From: Octopus vulgaris
Taxonomy: Eukaryota
Assembly: GCA_951406725.2 (NCBI GenBank)
Contig: OX597821.1
Location: 29,574,001-29,638,000, forward strand
Length of the DNA stretch: 64,000 bases
Direction of reading: 5' to 3'
The notes below the pieces were generated by a model that ran no database searches, was not told where the DNA came from, and saw only the letters and a list, made by a program, of their open reading frames with translations. The translations under genes were made by a program, and so were the position numbers. The stretch's first letter is position 1. The number at the start of each line of letters is the position of its first letter. Shown here piece by piece: positions 1 to 14,364 of this stretch.

Positions 1-164
1 ATCTGGTTTACCCTTACCTATACTTTCTAAATTTAATACGAGGAATATTTACTAGCCATTTTCAAATGGTGAAATGATGGTGTAGAGGCTTTCCTATTTA
101 TTAATTGAGAGAGTAATGACATCTGACATGAAATGTCTTCATCATAATGCAGTGGAATACATGG

Positions 165-345
165 TTTCTGAATCAGGCACAAAGCCGGCAATTTTTGGTT
201 AATAGCATCAACTGGTAATTTATTTCATAGCCACCTCAGAGGGATAAACATCAGAGTTGTCCTCAATAGGATTCGAACCCAGAATGTAAACAGCAGGAAT
301 AAATACCACAAAGCATTTGGTCCAATGTTTTATGGATTCAGCCAA
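165..345 (-). mobile_element. Degenerate tRNA-derived SINE (family A, Octopus OK/OR-like)
   Basis: ggattcgaacccagaatgtaa (reverse-complement B box) and aactggtaattt core shared with the intact copy at 29442-29667. Confidence 0.6.
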
Positions 346-684
346 AAAAGTACAGGCCATGTGGTCTTAAAGAGTATTCAGAAAAGTAACAGGGCTGAGG
401 TATTCGTTGTACAACAGACCTAATCCTTATGAGGCAGATCTAACACTTGGGCAGCAGAACTGATATTTGGGTGGCAGGATTCACCTTTAGGTGAGGCTCT
501 TGGCTATCCTCAGCAGAGTCCACTCCCTAGTAAGCATTCAGGCGAAGTTTCCAATCAGATAAATAACTTCTTTCCATACTTGGAGACCCTAAAAAAATGG
601 GCACAGCCATTTTTTTTTTTCTCTGGGTCATAAAATATTTTAAGACCTAAGCAAATGAAAATGAAACAGAGTAACGATACCAAC

Positions 685-810
685 AGGTGTGGCTGTGCAG
701 TGAGAAGTTTACTTCCCACCACATGGTCCAGTTACATTGCATGACACCTTGGGCGAGTTGTCTTCTACTATAGCTTAGGCCAGCCAAATGGGAACTGAAA
801 GAAGTTTGTT
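685..810 (+). mobile_element. tRNA-derived SINE head (family B)
   Basis: ggtgtggctgtgcagtgagaag...caccttgggcgagttgtcttctactatagc...ggaactgaaagaag; the same motif recurs at ~9350, 12154, 17255, 24370, 28441, 33411, 38461 (+) and 21144, 36340, 38930, 48515, 49990, 62662 (-). Confidence 0.75.
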
Positions 811-1623
811 GTGTGTGTGAGAGAGAGAAATAGAGAGAGAGAGAGAGAGAGAGACAGATAGACAGAGATATTGGTATGTTTATGTCCCTATAACTTTGTA
901 GTTTGGCAAAAGAGACTATATGGAACATTTACCAAACTTAAAGAAAAAAAAAGAAGAAAGAAACAAGTACTGAGGCTGATTTGTTTGACTAAAACTTTCA
1001 AGGCAGTACCAAAGCATGACTGCAGTCCAATGACTGAAGCAAGCAAAAGATTAAAAATAATATCTTTCTAATCACAGACAGAAGGATCAGAGTGTAATTA
1101 GATGACCAAAAATCTTTGAGATATTTTCTAAAAACACATTTCGCTCTTTTCTTTCCTATTGTCCAGGAGCAGTGATTACCATGAAACTGACTGACAGGAT
1201 AGATGAATGATAAATAAATAAATAAATAAATAAGTAGAAAGATAACAAAAACTAGAAATTTTATGAGAGCGATCAAACTGATAAAAGAACTTGTTAGGTT
1301 TAGCATTATTACTGACTTGATAATAGTAGTAGTAGTAGCCATAGTAGTAATGGTAGTGGTGGTGGTGGTGAGGGGGAACAACTGAGTTGCAGCTGAATGG
1401 CAATTAGAGAAGACAACCCTCAGGCTTTAAGGAGGGTGTTTTCTTTTTTTTCTCTTTTTTTTTTTAAAGTATATAAATGATAATTGTAATCAATGGTGTT
1501 CAGGAAAGTTCTAGTTAGCCAATCAGAATCATTGATCTTGTGATTTATTTGCACTGTCCTCTTGAACCTGTAAACTAAGTCGGCTGTCTCCAGATCAATA
1601 GCTAGACATCTTTATTTCCTTTA

Positions 1624-1678
<55 letters not shown>

Positions 1679-3759
1679 GATATAGATATATATATATGTA
1701 TATATATGACACACACATATGCACACACATAGACAAACAGAAATATACATATATATCTTATTTTGGTCCCCTTCCGGAGTGTTTGATTACTTCTTTTTAT
1801 GTCCTTTTCTTTTATATAATTTTTGTGACTGCTTTTTTATTTTATATATTTATGTTGATATTATTGTATTATTGATTTTATTTATTATTTATTGCCTTAG
1901 TCCTTTTTTTAATTTTTTTGATACCTGGATAGTTCATAGTCTGAGGAAAAAATAAATAAATTCCCATCACTACAACCATCACCACTACAAACAACTATCA
2001 CTAAAGCAAAACAAAATCATAGAATAAATAAATAGATCGTAAATGAAAAAGAAAAACCACAAAATCATAAGTGAGGTTAAATCTAGGAATCTGAACGATG
2101 AATGCTGCAGAAAATCATAGATTTCAGTTCTCAGGTTGAACTATTTCACTAATCTACTAACACTAATGGTACCATAGGAAATAGATGAATGCATAAATGT
2201 CATAACCCTTCTCATTTGCCACCTACACTGTTCATAAATGTACATTTGAGGTTTCATGTTTATGCAAATAAAGACATCACATTGCAAGCAGTGGTTTTGG
2301 TTTTTCTTCGATTTTATATACACTCATAAACATATATACATATGTGTGTGTGTGTGTACATATAAATATATGCCCAAGCAATCATTGAAGATGGGTGTTA
2401 TGATGATATACATATATACACATACACATATATATACATATACAAACATACAAAGATACATATACATATATATACACATATACATATAGACACTTATATG
2501 TCTATATATATATATACATATATACATATATATAGATAAATATACACACACGAGCACATGCATGTGTGTATGTATAAATATGTATGTATCAGTGTATATA
2601 TTTATATATATTAATACATGTGTGTATTTATATATAAATATATATATATATGTGCATGTAGATAAATATATATGTATACATACATGCATATATATATATA
2701 TATATGTATGTATACATATATACATATATATATATATGTATATATTTATATATATGTATATGTATATATATGTATGTATAATCTGTGTATGTATACATAA
2801 GTATACATATATACACATATATATGGAGACATACATGTACACACATACACACACATTTATACACAAACCGACATACACATACACAAGTCACACGCGCACA
2901 CATTTGTACACACACACACACACACACATACATGCACACATTCGCATTCATAGGCATCAAGCTCTGGAAGTAGACATCTGAACAGCATCTAATTGACTTT
3001 CTACTGTCTGTCCCAATTTATGCTACACTATTAATAATGGTTTTTACAACTTGGCATAGAGCCACAAATCTTCAGGGAAACAGTATAGTTTTATTATATT
3101 GACCCTTCTCTATGCGTGACTAACAGAATAGATAGAAGCCATAGAAGACTGAGTAGACTGAGCACAAGAGAGAGTTCAGTGGTTTGCAACTTATTACCAT
3201 TATTATGTTATCACCGAAAGTAAAAGACCCATCTCTCAAATGACCAAGGCCACAACTGAAAATAGGTATTCTAAGGGTTAAACCTCTCATTGCTCTGAAC
3301 AGCAGCACTGCAATATTGACAAATATTGATTTTGATTACATAGCTGAGATCAACTCCCTACTAATTAGAGATTGAGTATATGGGCTAATTTGCCCAAGGG
3401 ATCCTTGGCAATGCATACAGCTATAACCCAATAAGTTAATAAATACACTACACACAATTTCCTCTTCTTTTAACTGAACTTTCACGGATGACAGGACAAG
3501 ATGACCCAGTAGGATTTGAACTCAGAATGCAAAGAGAAATTACTAAATACCAAAAAGTATTTAATTGAACATTGTACAGTTCTCAGAGTAAGAACAAAAT
3601 AGAAAAGGTTTTGAAAACCATTACCTCTACCAACAAGTAGTAAATTGTAGATTTTAAGAAGCTTGTATACTAAGTGCAATTTTGTATCATAGAGCAACAT
3701 CAGAACTGAAAATGAAGGATGTTTAAAAGCTAGACAAAAATAAATGGGGTGAGTAATAC

Positions 3760-4065
3760 TCTGCTGGATGTGCAATGTTTAGGGCACAAAGGAGCAAAGA
3801 GAAAAAAAAGCTGGGTATAATAGAAATCAGAGTGCAAGAGAGAAGACTGCTTTTGGTATGGATATGTGATGCATATGAAGAATGACGGTTGAGTAAACAT
3901 GTGTGTCAAACAATCCCACTGGAAGGAATCTAAAGAAAAATAGGAGAAGAAATGGTCAAAGTTAATCTCAAGATATTGGACTTTGGAAAAATGACAAAAG
4001 GATAACAAAAAATGGCAAGATGTTGTGCAAGAAAAGACCACGTCCAACACATGCAACTATGGATA
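3760..4065 (+). mobile_element. Degenerate RTE-clade LINE ORF 3' end
   Basis: Frameshifted translation KLGIIEIRVQERRL..WYGYVMHMKND resembles the RTE ORF C-terminus (LREKLGI..VQERRLRWYGHVMRM); homologous to 61381-61880. Confidence 0.65.
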
Positions 4066-4314
4066 AAAAAATGTAAAGATAATCATAATGATGATAAGGT
4101 GAAAGGAGGAGGGGAGGAAGAGATAAAGGAGTTGGAAGGGAGGATATGGGGGAATATTATGGGAGGAGAAGGACTTGTTTTTCCTTCAGTCCATCCACAG
4201 CTTTCTAACACACTGATGTCTAACAAGGGGACAAAGCTACACATTTCATGGGAAATCAGCATAACTGATAGATATTTTTTTTTCTTCAATTATTGATAAT
4301 GAGAACATCCTGCC

Positions 4315-4351
<37 letters not shown>

Positions 4352-5045
4352 TGTTAGAAGTGGTAAAGCACTTGACTAAAAAATTTTGCAATATTTAGTT
4401 TTGTAAGTTTTAGTTCAAAGTTCAGTTCCACTCATCAGAGAAAGGTGAAGAAGGTCAGTGTGGCTACAATTAAATGAGTGTTGAGCTATTTTTGTGGTTG
4501 TTTAGTTCCAGGTCAACACCCCTCCAATCAACCATCCACAAAACTGCCCCTGGGTAGACATTATAATTATACGCAGAGATGTTATTATCATCAGTAGTAT
4601 GAAGCTGGTGAGCTGGAAGAATTGCTACCAAACCAGGCAAAATGTTAAGTGGTAATTCTTCTGGTTTTACATTCCAGGTCCAAACTCTTCCAAAGTTATC
4701 TTTGCGTTTCATCAATAAAATAAATAGCAGTTGAGTACTGGCGTTGATGGACTCAACTAGTCCTCTTACCCCAAGATTTCAGGTAATTTACATTCTGATT
4801 TTAAAAGTCAACAAGTCAAGCAATTTCATCATTTATCCTAACTAGGTTGGTAAAATAAGCACCAGTCAAGACCTGGAATCAATCTTAAAATTTTAGGCCT
4901 TTTGCTTATGTTAGAATTCATTATTGTCAAGAGGAGTTTATGTTAAAATTGGTTACATCCTTTCCAAGTTCTGACTTCAAATCTTGTCAATGTTCCTCTA
5001 TGTCTTCCATTATTTGACAATAAAATAAGAACAGCCCACACACTA

Positions 5046-5300
5046 TCTATATATATGAAGATGAGAATGTGTGCCTGTCTGTCTGTGTGAATCCCAAAAA
5101 CTTGAAAACTACACAACTGTTTTCATTGAAATTTTACACATGTACTACTTACAGTCCATGGAGTTTCGTGGGCTAAAAAAGGTTTTCAACTTCTTACCTA
5201 ATGCGACCTCAAGCAATTTTTTACACTGGTTCACTATTACGTGTCAAAAGTGAAAGAACATCTATGTTTCATTTTTATTCTTCCAGTTCATAACAATGTT
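5046..5300 (+). mobile_element. Possible non-autonomous Helitron 5' end
   Basis: A|TCTATATATATGAAGATGAGAATGTGTGCCTGTCTGTCTG start followed by a gaaattttacaca motif typical of invertebrate Helitron 5' ends; no clear 3' hairpin-CTAG found. Confidence 0.4.
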
Positions 5301-6940
5301 TCACTTTCATTGCACATTTACATACAGTAATATTCATTCTGTTTGTGATTTGAAACAGATTCACAAATTTTACTCCAAGTCAATAACTTCATCGTTCTGT
5401 CACTGAACAATGCAAGTTCACACTTCATTACATTTACCCTGTATGGTGTACGGGTTGACTCCCATTCAATAACTTCTGTCCAACTAGGCAGAATCTAACA
5501 GCACTTGTGGTCTGCTTTACACACATTTTCCAGATAACTTTCCATCATCAACACTCTAGCAATTCTCATTTACTTCCCATGACAGGGAAATGAAACTTAG
5601 TTCTCACGAAGGGACAATGGAAGATGGTAAGAGACATTAACCAGCTGATCCTTGTCAAGTGAAATATATTGTCATCCACTTCACCGCTAACCTTGCTAGC
5701 ATACAGAGTTCAAACAACCCCATGTGACTATAGCACTACTGATATCTTCATTCTTCTGTCTGATTTCTTATAAATACAACAGAGCAGCCAGGATGAGGTG
5801 ATGCAGTATCAGGTGGGACAGTACATAAGTAGCAACAAGGCTTTCTGGTGCATTTTTGGCTTTCCACTTCACCCCGCCATTCAACAACTCACAGTTCACC
5901 TAATACTTGCTTTCTCACATATACAAATATATAGACACACACACGCAGATATATATATATATATATGAGAGAAAGCATGACTATTCTGGAAGTCTACATC
6001 TTACCTGTGTACCTTCAAACGTAGTCTCTTAGATAAGTGTTTCTTTTAGGTGCCAGGGCTAAGTGGATTTTTTGTGCATTTAGTCAAAAGAAATTGCAGG
6101 CAGCAATACATTAGCAAGGGACATATATGACAATTTACAGAAAAAAAGAACTTGGATAAACACATTTCGTCACCCAAATTTCTTATCCAAATTATTATAA
6201 TTTCAGTGCTGGAAAAAATTATCACTAATCTGTAAAGTGCCAGAGTAAAAGCAAGGAAAAAGGAAATCAAGTTGTACGACTGAAAACACATAAAATGAGA
6301 ATATAAGACTTGTACGAAAATCACAAATAATACAGAATGTGTTAACAACAACACAGACATTTTCATGTGGACATGTGCACAGAAATATGCATAAAGTTTG
6401 ATATCCTAAGCTTGTCACTACTTGAGTGAAACAGAGATGATTTTGACATTCCTTATTAACATTATGACCAGTCATTGTGCACTTTCAAAGACTTCAAGAA
6501 TAAAAATCCTGTCTTCGGATAACAGGGAAGTGGTGGAGACTGGAAAAGCATCTGGCAGTAAAAATAACGTCTCAGTAATAGGTATTCACTTAGCCCATGC
6601 TAGCAGGAAAAAAAAAATGAACATAAAGCAAATTAACAAAGAGGCTGTGTGTGTGTGTGAGGGTGTGAGAGAGAGAGACAGAGAGAGAGTGGTGGTGGGT
6701 ACATTACATAAATCTAAAATTTTGATGTAATGTAAATATTACATATATTTATATGTATGTATGTATGTACGTATGTATACTTTGTAACTACATACAGCTA
6801 TGTATGATGGTGTAAGTCATGGCAAGCAAGACACACACACACACACATATAATGAAGCTAAAATCTTTGACGCACACGAACAGAAACAGCAAAACCTATA
6901 TATAAGAGCTGTAATAGTAATAGCAGCAGCAGCAGGAGCG

Positions 6941-6976
<36 letters not shown>

Positions 6977-7648
6977 ATAACAACAACAGCTACTTTGATG
7001 TTATGAAGATTTCCCATTAGTGCTAGAAATAATAAGGAAAATTGTGCAGGAGATGAGATGAAAGTCTTACAAATAATAGATTGTGATAATGACCAACTGG
7101 TGAAGGCCAAAGAAAATTGCAACAAAGGGAACTGGGAAGAAAAGAAAACACGCACACACACACATACACGCACACACATCCACACACGCACATACACACA
7201 CACTCACTGCACATATAAATACTTGCTTAAGGTGAGCTTGTAAAACACTGTATGCCATTTCTGCATTTTCAAACAATCGCATAGAAAATGTATCTCGTTC
7301 ATTTTTAAGTCATACTGCTGTATATATATATATATACACACACACACGCTTAAATACATGTGTGCACATATATAAACACATGCACTTACACAAGCAGTCA
7401 TATCCAAAGGGATATCTACAATGGCAAAGATGTGTGCACTTGCATATATATCAGAATGAATACCCACTTTAAACTTCTTTTTCTCTTTCTGTGTGTTTAT
7501 ATGTGTGTGTATAAGATTGTGTGTATAAGATTGTGTGTGTATCACATTCATTTCCAAGTCATACGGATTTACATACATATACATCCATGTATGTATCTAT
7601 TCCTGTCTATCTCTCTCTACGCACTAAGTACAGGATGAAAGAAACGCT

Positions 7649-7693
<45 letters not shown>

Positions 7694-8124
7694 GTATATA
7701 TATATATACATATATACATGCTGGTATATAAAGAAACAGACACGTCTTCGATGAAATACCCTTAGACACACTAATGCATACACATACACAAACACATATA
7801 TGGGTAAACGAACACATACATAGGTTAAAAGAAAATGTTCACATGAAAATACTAATATGTATAAACACAGACATACATTCATGGACATACATGGAGTGAT
7901 TCACATGGATCCCAACACATTCATACACTCTGTTAATCAGTTATATTTATTAACTAACCAAACAAAGACATAATTACATACAGACATGCATGCACAACAC
8001 TCAAGCAAGAAATCCCTAAGGGGTCACTTTTAAATGTTCCCGATAATGCATCTTGTGTACCTGGAAACTTTTGATACTTTCTCAACTACAAAAGTTTACC
8101 AAGTGGGGTTTATATAATGATAAC

Positions 8125-8192
<68 letters not shown>

Positions 8193-8197
8193 TGATG
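8125..8197. repeat. (AAT)n microsatellite
   Basis: More than 20 tandem AAT units. Confidence 0.95.
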
Positions 8198-10414
8198 AGA
8201 AGAAATAGGAGAACAACAACATCAACTACAAGAGCAAGATTTTTGTTTGATGTGGTAAACATGGGGTTTGTGGTTGAATTTCAGATGCAACAGTTGGTGA
8301 TGGGCATGAAAAAATTCCACCACCTCTTTGTTAATATACAGTTCCCTTTATTTGATGTTGGAATATCAGTAATAAATAGACAAGTTTTTTGCTGTTGTTG
8401 TTATTGTCATTTTCTCTTTTCTTTTTTTTCTTTCTTTTTTCTTTTCTTTTTTTTTTTTTGTTTTGAGAGGTAGGAGTATGGTTCTTTGTTTCTCCGGTTC
8501 TGTTCATGGGTTGGTTGACTCTATTATTGTTGCTGTTGTTGTTGTTGTCTTTAGTAATGCAGATGGAAGTGGTGCTAAAAGTTTGAAGAAAAGAAACTAC
8601 CACATGATAAGTTCAAAAGCTATTAGAACAATGTGTGAGAGATAAAGAGAGAGAGGGAGTGACAAAGATGCTATTAAGAAAAGTATATTGAGAAATAAGA
8701 CAGATACCAACAATCTTGTAAAATTATTGTCTCCAAGGAAGTGTCAGATGCAAAGAATACGATCTATTGTTTATGGCCAAAAGGTTTACCCAGCTGTATA
8801 TGTGTATATATATGTTTGTGTGAGATGAGTTTACTGTGGACTACTTTGGAACTGATCCACTCTAATCATCATACATAATACTGCAGCTGCCACATACAAG
8901 TGATAGTTAGAAATAAGATCTGGCTTCAAAGGCAAAGGGACTCTAAGATGACTTAAGAAGTTTGGTCAGTAAAAGGCTGAGTGCCAGAGTTACACATTCA
9001 GACCCACAGGAAGGACTGAAATTATTACACCATTCATTAACTTAATAGTCCTGCAACCACTGTACAGGACAAGGAGTTATTCATATCCTGCAGTACATGT
9101 TCTCAACTAAGTAACCTGAAGTATTTGAGATGTAATTTGATTCTACTATAGATAGACACAACATGTTGACATCTAAAAATGGAAGAGCAACAATGTCATA
9201 ATTTTCTATTTCATTTTCTCATGAAATACATTGATAGTACAATACAGCTTGGCGACATGTGCCATACTTTTATGTCACTATGGGGTCACAATCAGACACA
9301 GACATCCTCTTGAGCCTCGCTTTTTCCTACCTATAACCCAGCCAATTATTAACCATATGGTTTTGGATATGGTCCCACTACATGGCACCTTGGGCAAGTT
9401 TCTTCTTCTATGCCTCTGGGCCAACCAAAGCTTTGTGAGTGGATTTGGTAGATGGAAACTGAAAGAAGCCCATCATATATGTGTGTACGTCTTTGTGCTT
9501 GTCCCCCTCTACCATTTGACAACAGGTATTGGTCTGTCTACATCCTATATATACACACACACATATGTACATGCAAATATACTCATATGCAGGCATAAGC
9601 ATACACACACACATATATATAAATATAGATATGTAGACACACATACATATATAGAGAGAGATGTATACAAGTATGCATACATACCCCACACATGCATGTA
9701 TGTGTCCATAAGTAAGAAAGTAATGATGATATGGAGATGTGCTGCATATGATGGTCGTGAGTTAAGTGACGAATGATGCAGCCAGAAAGAAAGCGGAAAA
9801 GGTGAGAAAGTGTATACAGAGATAATTAGATAGGTAGATCGATAGGTTTCTAACTATCTAATATAATCCTCACAGTCTATATTTGTGCATGAATTTGTGC
9901 GCAAAAGCCAAAAGGGGATTGTGCATATGCTCATATAAAGAAGATGCTATTTCAAAGTGTCTATGTGTATGTACAGGAACAAGAGTCAAAGAAAATATAT
10001 GAGCAACACCTCAATATAGCTAGAACAGAGAACATATAAATACATAAATGCATTGTAATTTTCTTTCTATAAGTAATTTGTGGGAAAGAACAGGGGAAAA
10101 AAGAAAGAGGTAGAAGGCAATAGTTCCACACTAAAAGTAAAAGCCATATTATTAACCTCCAACTGTCATAATAGTTCTGTTGACACAAGTCACAATGGTT
10201 ACTCCCTGGTACTATACAGCACAATTCCTGCACAATGCAGCCAATCAATAAAGAACTTATATGTAATTGCAGGTATTTTTTTTGGATTCCAAGGTGGTCA
10301 TTGTTCTTTCATTCATGCATACACACACACTATATCATAGAACCCACACACAAATACATATGTATGTATATATGCGTCTATATATATGGAACATCAACAT
10401 AACAATCGCACACC

Positions 10415-10568
10415 CATATATATATATATATATACATATATATATGCATATATATATACATATATATATACATATATATGATGATGATGATGATACATAT
10501 ATATATACATATACATACATATATATATACACATACATATATATATACACATATATATATACACATAC

Positions 10569-10601
<33 letters not shown>

Positions 10602-10637
10602 CACACACATACATATATACATATATATATATACATA

Positions 10638-10707
<70 letters not shown>

Positions 10708-11144
10708 CATACATATATATACATATATATATATATACATACATACATATATATATACATACATATATATATACATACATACATATATATATACATACAT
10801 ATATATATACATACATACATATATATATACATACATATATATATACATACATACATATATATATAAATATATATACATACATATATATACATATATATAT
10901 ATACATACATACATATATATATACATACATATATATATACATACATACATATATATATACATACATATATATATACATACATACATATATATATACATAC
11001 ATACATATATATATAAATATATATACATACATATATATATATATATATACATATATATATACATACATATATATATATATACATACATATATACATGCAT
11101 ATATATATACATACACACACATATACATGCATATATATATACAT

Positions 11145-11190
<46 letters not shown>
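10415..11190. repeat. Compound (AT)n/(ATAC)n microsatellite, ~775 bp
   Basis: Continuous TA/CA array; source of the overlapping YI/HI-repeat ORFs. Similar arrays at ~2320-2940, 28060-28380, 56980-57330 and 58010-58210. Confidence 0.95.
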
Positions 11191-11193
<3 letters not shown>

Positions 11194-13649
11194 TCTTATT
11201 GGAAATAACTAATTAAATAAGTATACATAAATATATATACATACACAAAACGACATGTTAATAAGTAACCTTTCATCACCACGAATGTCATCGTGATCAA
11301 TATCATCATCATCATCATCATGATCATCACCATGATCATTATCATCAGTCATCATACACTATTACAGTATTGATTTCAGTGGTTTGCCACTATATCATTA
11401 TCCTCGTCAACATTGCATCACATCCAAATTAACATTATAATAATTTCAACAAATGTAATTCCCATTCCCCATCCATTTCCAAACGCATATTCTACTACAT
11501 ACCAATTCAACACCAAAGACCCTACAATCATCATTATCTTTATCTCGTGCTACATCGGGGTTTACCACGTCAGCAACACCAACCTATTCATTAACATCAT
11601 TTATATCCTATTGTAATCACCACTAACTTTGTCATTCTCATGGCCACCACCACCAACATCTTCATCATACTCATGATCATGCACAGAGTTCTCATTATTT
11701 TTCCAAATGTCAGCAAGTATTCGAATGTAATGCACTAAACGTTAAAAGAACGGTTATATTGTTGAGATGATAAAATTGATTAAAATGGCCCCTGTATATT
11801 ACTGGTATTTACTGCAAGAATAGGAACAGCAGCTGTCATGCTCTGCTGACAGGGGGCCCAATATCACTGGTTTTAAGACCAACCCAAAAGGATACAGCTT
11901 CTCCGTTGTCAAGAAACATGACATCATCTATCAAATGATGGAGTCAAAAAAATAAATAAAATCAAAATAAAATAAAAAGTCAACACATCTCTCCAATATA
12001 CACATGTTCATGCATAAAACTGAATTTTATAAATATATGATCTGTGGTATAGACCACAGTTTCAACCTAAGTACTCGAAGTTTTGCATAACAGCATAATT
12101 TAAGGAGAAGGTCATAGGCTGAGGGACTTTCATTGAAATATGAAATATGAAGGTGCAGGTGTGGCTGTGTGGTTAAGAAGCTTCTGCTCCAACCATGTGG
12201 TCTCTTGTTAAGTTTTACTGTGCTGTATCTTGGGCAAGTGTTTACTACAGCTGACTTCAAAGCCTTGTGAGTTGATTTGGTAGGCATAAACTGAGGTGAG
12301 TGTGTGTGTGTGTGTGTGTGTATGTGTGTGTGTGCATGCATATGTAACATTTATATGTGTATACTCTTGTCTTGACATTATATAAGGATTACAAATGAGC
12401 ATCATCATCATCATACAAGTCATGTTGTTCATTTACAGACTTCCTTCAAAAATATGACAATGGTAAAATAAGACTCTGCTAGGAAACAGGTGAGGTTTGG
12501 CAACAGGAATGGCATGCATCCAGCTTTAGTAAACCTACTGTAATAAATTCCATCTGATCCATGCAAACATGGGAAAGTAAGTATTGAATGATGGTGATGA
12601 TATTATTTTCAGCTCCAGACAGGAAAAGAAACATAAGAATATTCTATTCTCCAATGTACTTCAAAAGACATTTGGAAAAAGTTACATTATTAGGAAAACA
12701 ATTTATTTAGAGTAATGATTCAAATTCGTACAATATTCCGAAAGAATACTGCATTCATATTTTAAAAACTGTTTTCCAAGTAGATTCATACTTGTTTAGT
12801 GTTTTTTGTGTATAGTATATGAAGCTCAGCTTCAAAAAACTTCTGAATTGTTTGAATAGTACTGTGAATGAATAAATATTTCTTACAAACTAAAAACATT
12901 CAGTATCTTTTTCAATGCAATATATCCAAAATAAAACTATAGTGAATTCATGTGATTTTATTTACTTTAGCTACTACTAATAAACATGGGCACGGCCTGG
13001 ATATGGAGTCCTAGTGTGTGTGTAGATATTAGTATTTGCACTTTCAGAGAACAAACAAGTTAAGCAAGGTACAAACTGAAGGAAAGTCTCCACAGTGACT
13101 AACAAAGTAAAGGAAACGGCTTAATATAATTGTTGAATGCTATGAATTTATATTTGTTTTTCAATCATGGGAGGTTGTAAAGTAATGCATAGACAGCTAT
13201 TCTCATACATAAGTTATATATGTGTATATAACACCCAATGATTCATAGTGAAAATTTGAGACACTTATGGGTTGGAACAAATAAGGGCATACATTTGTAG
13301 AAAATCTGCGTCAATAAGGTTCATAAGCTTTGTCTCGCCCATTTCAATATAGAAAAGCGGATGCTAAAATTATGATATATATAAGAAAAATAAGACAAGG
13401 TAGAAAATGCTAAAATAATTTTATCATGAAGAACATTTTAGCACCAGTTTCAGTCTTGGCAACATTTAAAACTTAGAATAAAGTATGAAAAGCAATTAAA
13501 TTGTGGAAAAATTAAACGAAATGTTTCTTAAAGCTATTTCCATGGTTTTCCAATGCAAGGGACATTTTCCTTTTTTCTGTCTATCTCTGTCTCTCATTTT
13601 TATTCTTGTGGGTCCTAGGTTGTATGTAGCAGCTAGTTTGATATGAATT

Positions 13650-13800
13650 CTGGTCAAAACAATTTTTGGTGCCAAGAAACAAAACTCGTTTTTTAGCTAA
13701 TTTGATGGTGCTGATTCTGACAATGACCCCAGTCTTTCATGGTTAGCCACCACTTTTGCTGCACCGAAATTGCTCATTTTTGGAAAAGAACTAATACTGC
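13650..13800 (+). mobile_element. Possible Chapaev-like DNA transposon terminal fragment
   Basis: ctggtcaaaacaatttttggtgcc...tttagctaatttgatggtgctgattctgacaatgaccccagt resembles recalled CACTGG-type termini with the subterminal gctgattc..aatgacc motif; no partner end seen. Confidence 0.35.
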
Positions 13801-13925
13801 TTTGTCAATACTTAAACATATTCCATGGGAGAGAAACAAGTGTATATTTATAACATTTAAGACTTATTGAACTATACAATTGTATGTATGTATACATGTT
13901 TGTGTACACATGTTTATGCATATAA

Positions 13926-13982
<57 letters not shown>

Positions 13983-14094
13983 ACCAAATACATACATATA
14001 TAAACATACATAACCAAATAAATAATATATACATAAATAACCAAATAAATATGTACATATATACATAACCAAATAAATACATATATATATAAGT

Positions 14095-14320
14095 AAGTAT
14101 TTCACTTATTCCTTTGCCGCATTTATCACTGATGAAGGGAAGGTTCTTATGAACTAACTCTGAAATCGGGTCCAATATGGTAATAACAGAATTTTTTAGA
14201 AATTTCTATCAGCTGTTTTCGAAATACATGCTTATAGTGATAAATTACATGGTTATTGACGTTGTCTATTTTCGGCATATTTTGGCATTAGAAATTTTCT
14301 TTTGCCCTTACTTATAAATT
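14095..14320 (+). mobile_element. Penelope-like pseudo-LTR fragment carrying a hammerhead-like motif
   Basis: CTGATGA(14129-35)-stem II-GAAA(14162-65)-GTC(14170-72); the 3' part 14197-14320 is repeated at 23013-23142. Confidence 0.5.
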
Positions 14321-14364
14321 GTATATATATATATACACACATATGTAACCAAATTTTACTACGG

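Noticed and set aside
1762-1774. 13-nt match to the 5' end of miR-133 (TTTGGTCCCCTTC)
   Set aside because: Diverges afterwards, and there is no complementary 5' arm upstream
10267-11212. Long overlapping ORFs (199-273 aa) on both strands, also at 2324-2981, 27969-28577 and 56890-57396
   Set aside because: Translations of TA/CA microsatellites (YI/HT/VC repeats) that lack stop codons by composition
13430-13480. GACTGAAACTGGTG on the minus strand, suggesting a variant Penelope hammerhead
   Set aside because: The 5' core and stem II are not recoverable; too decayed to support
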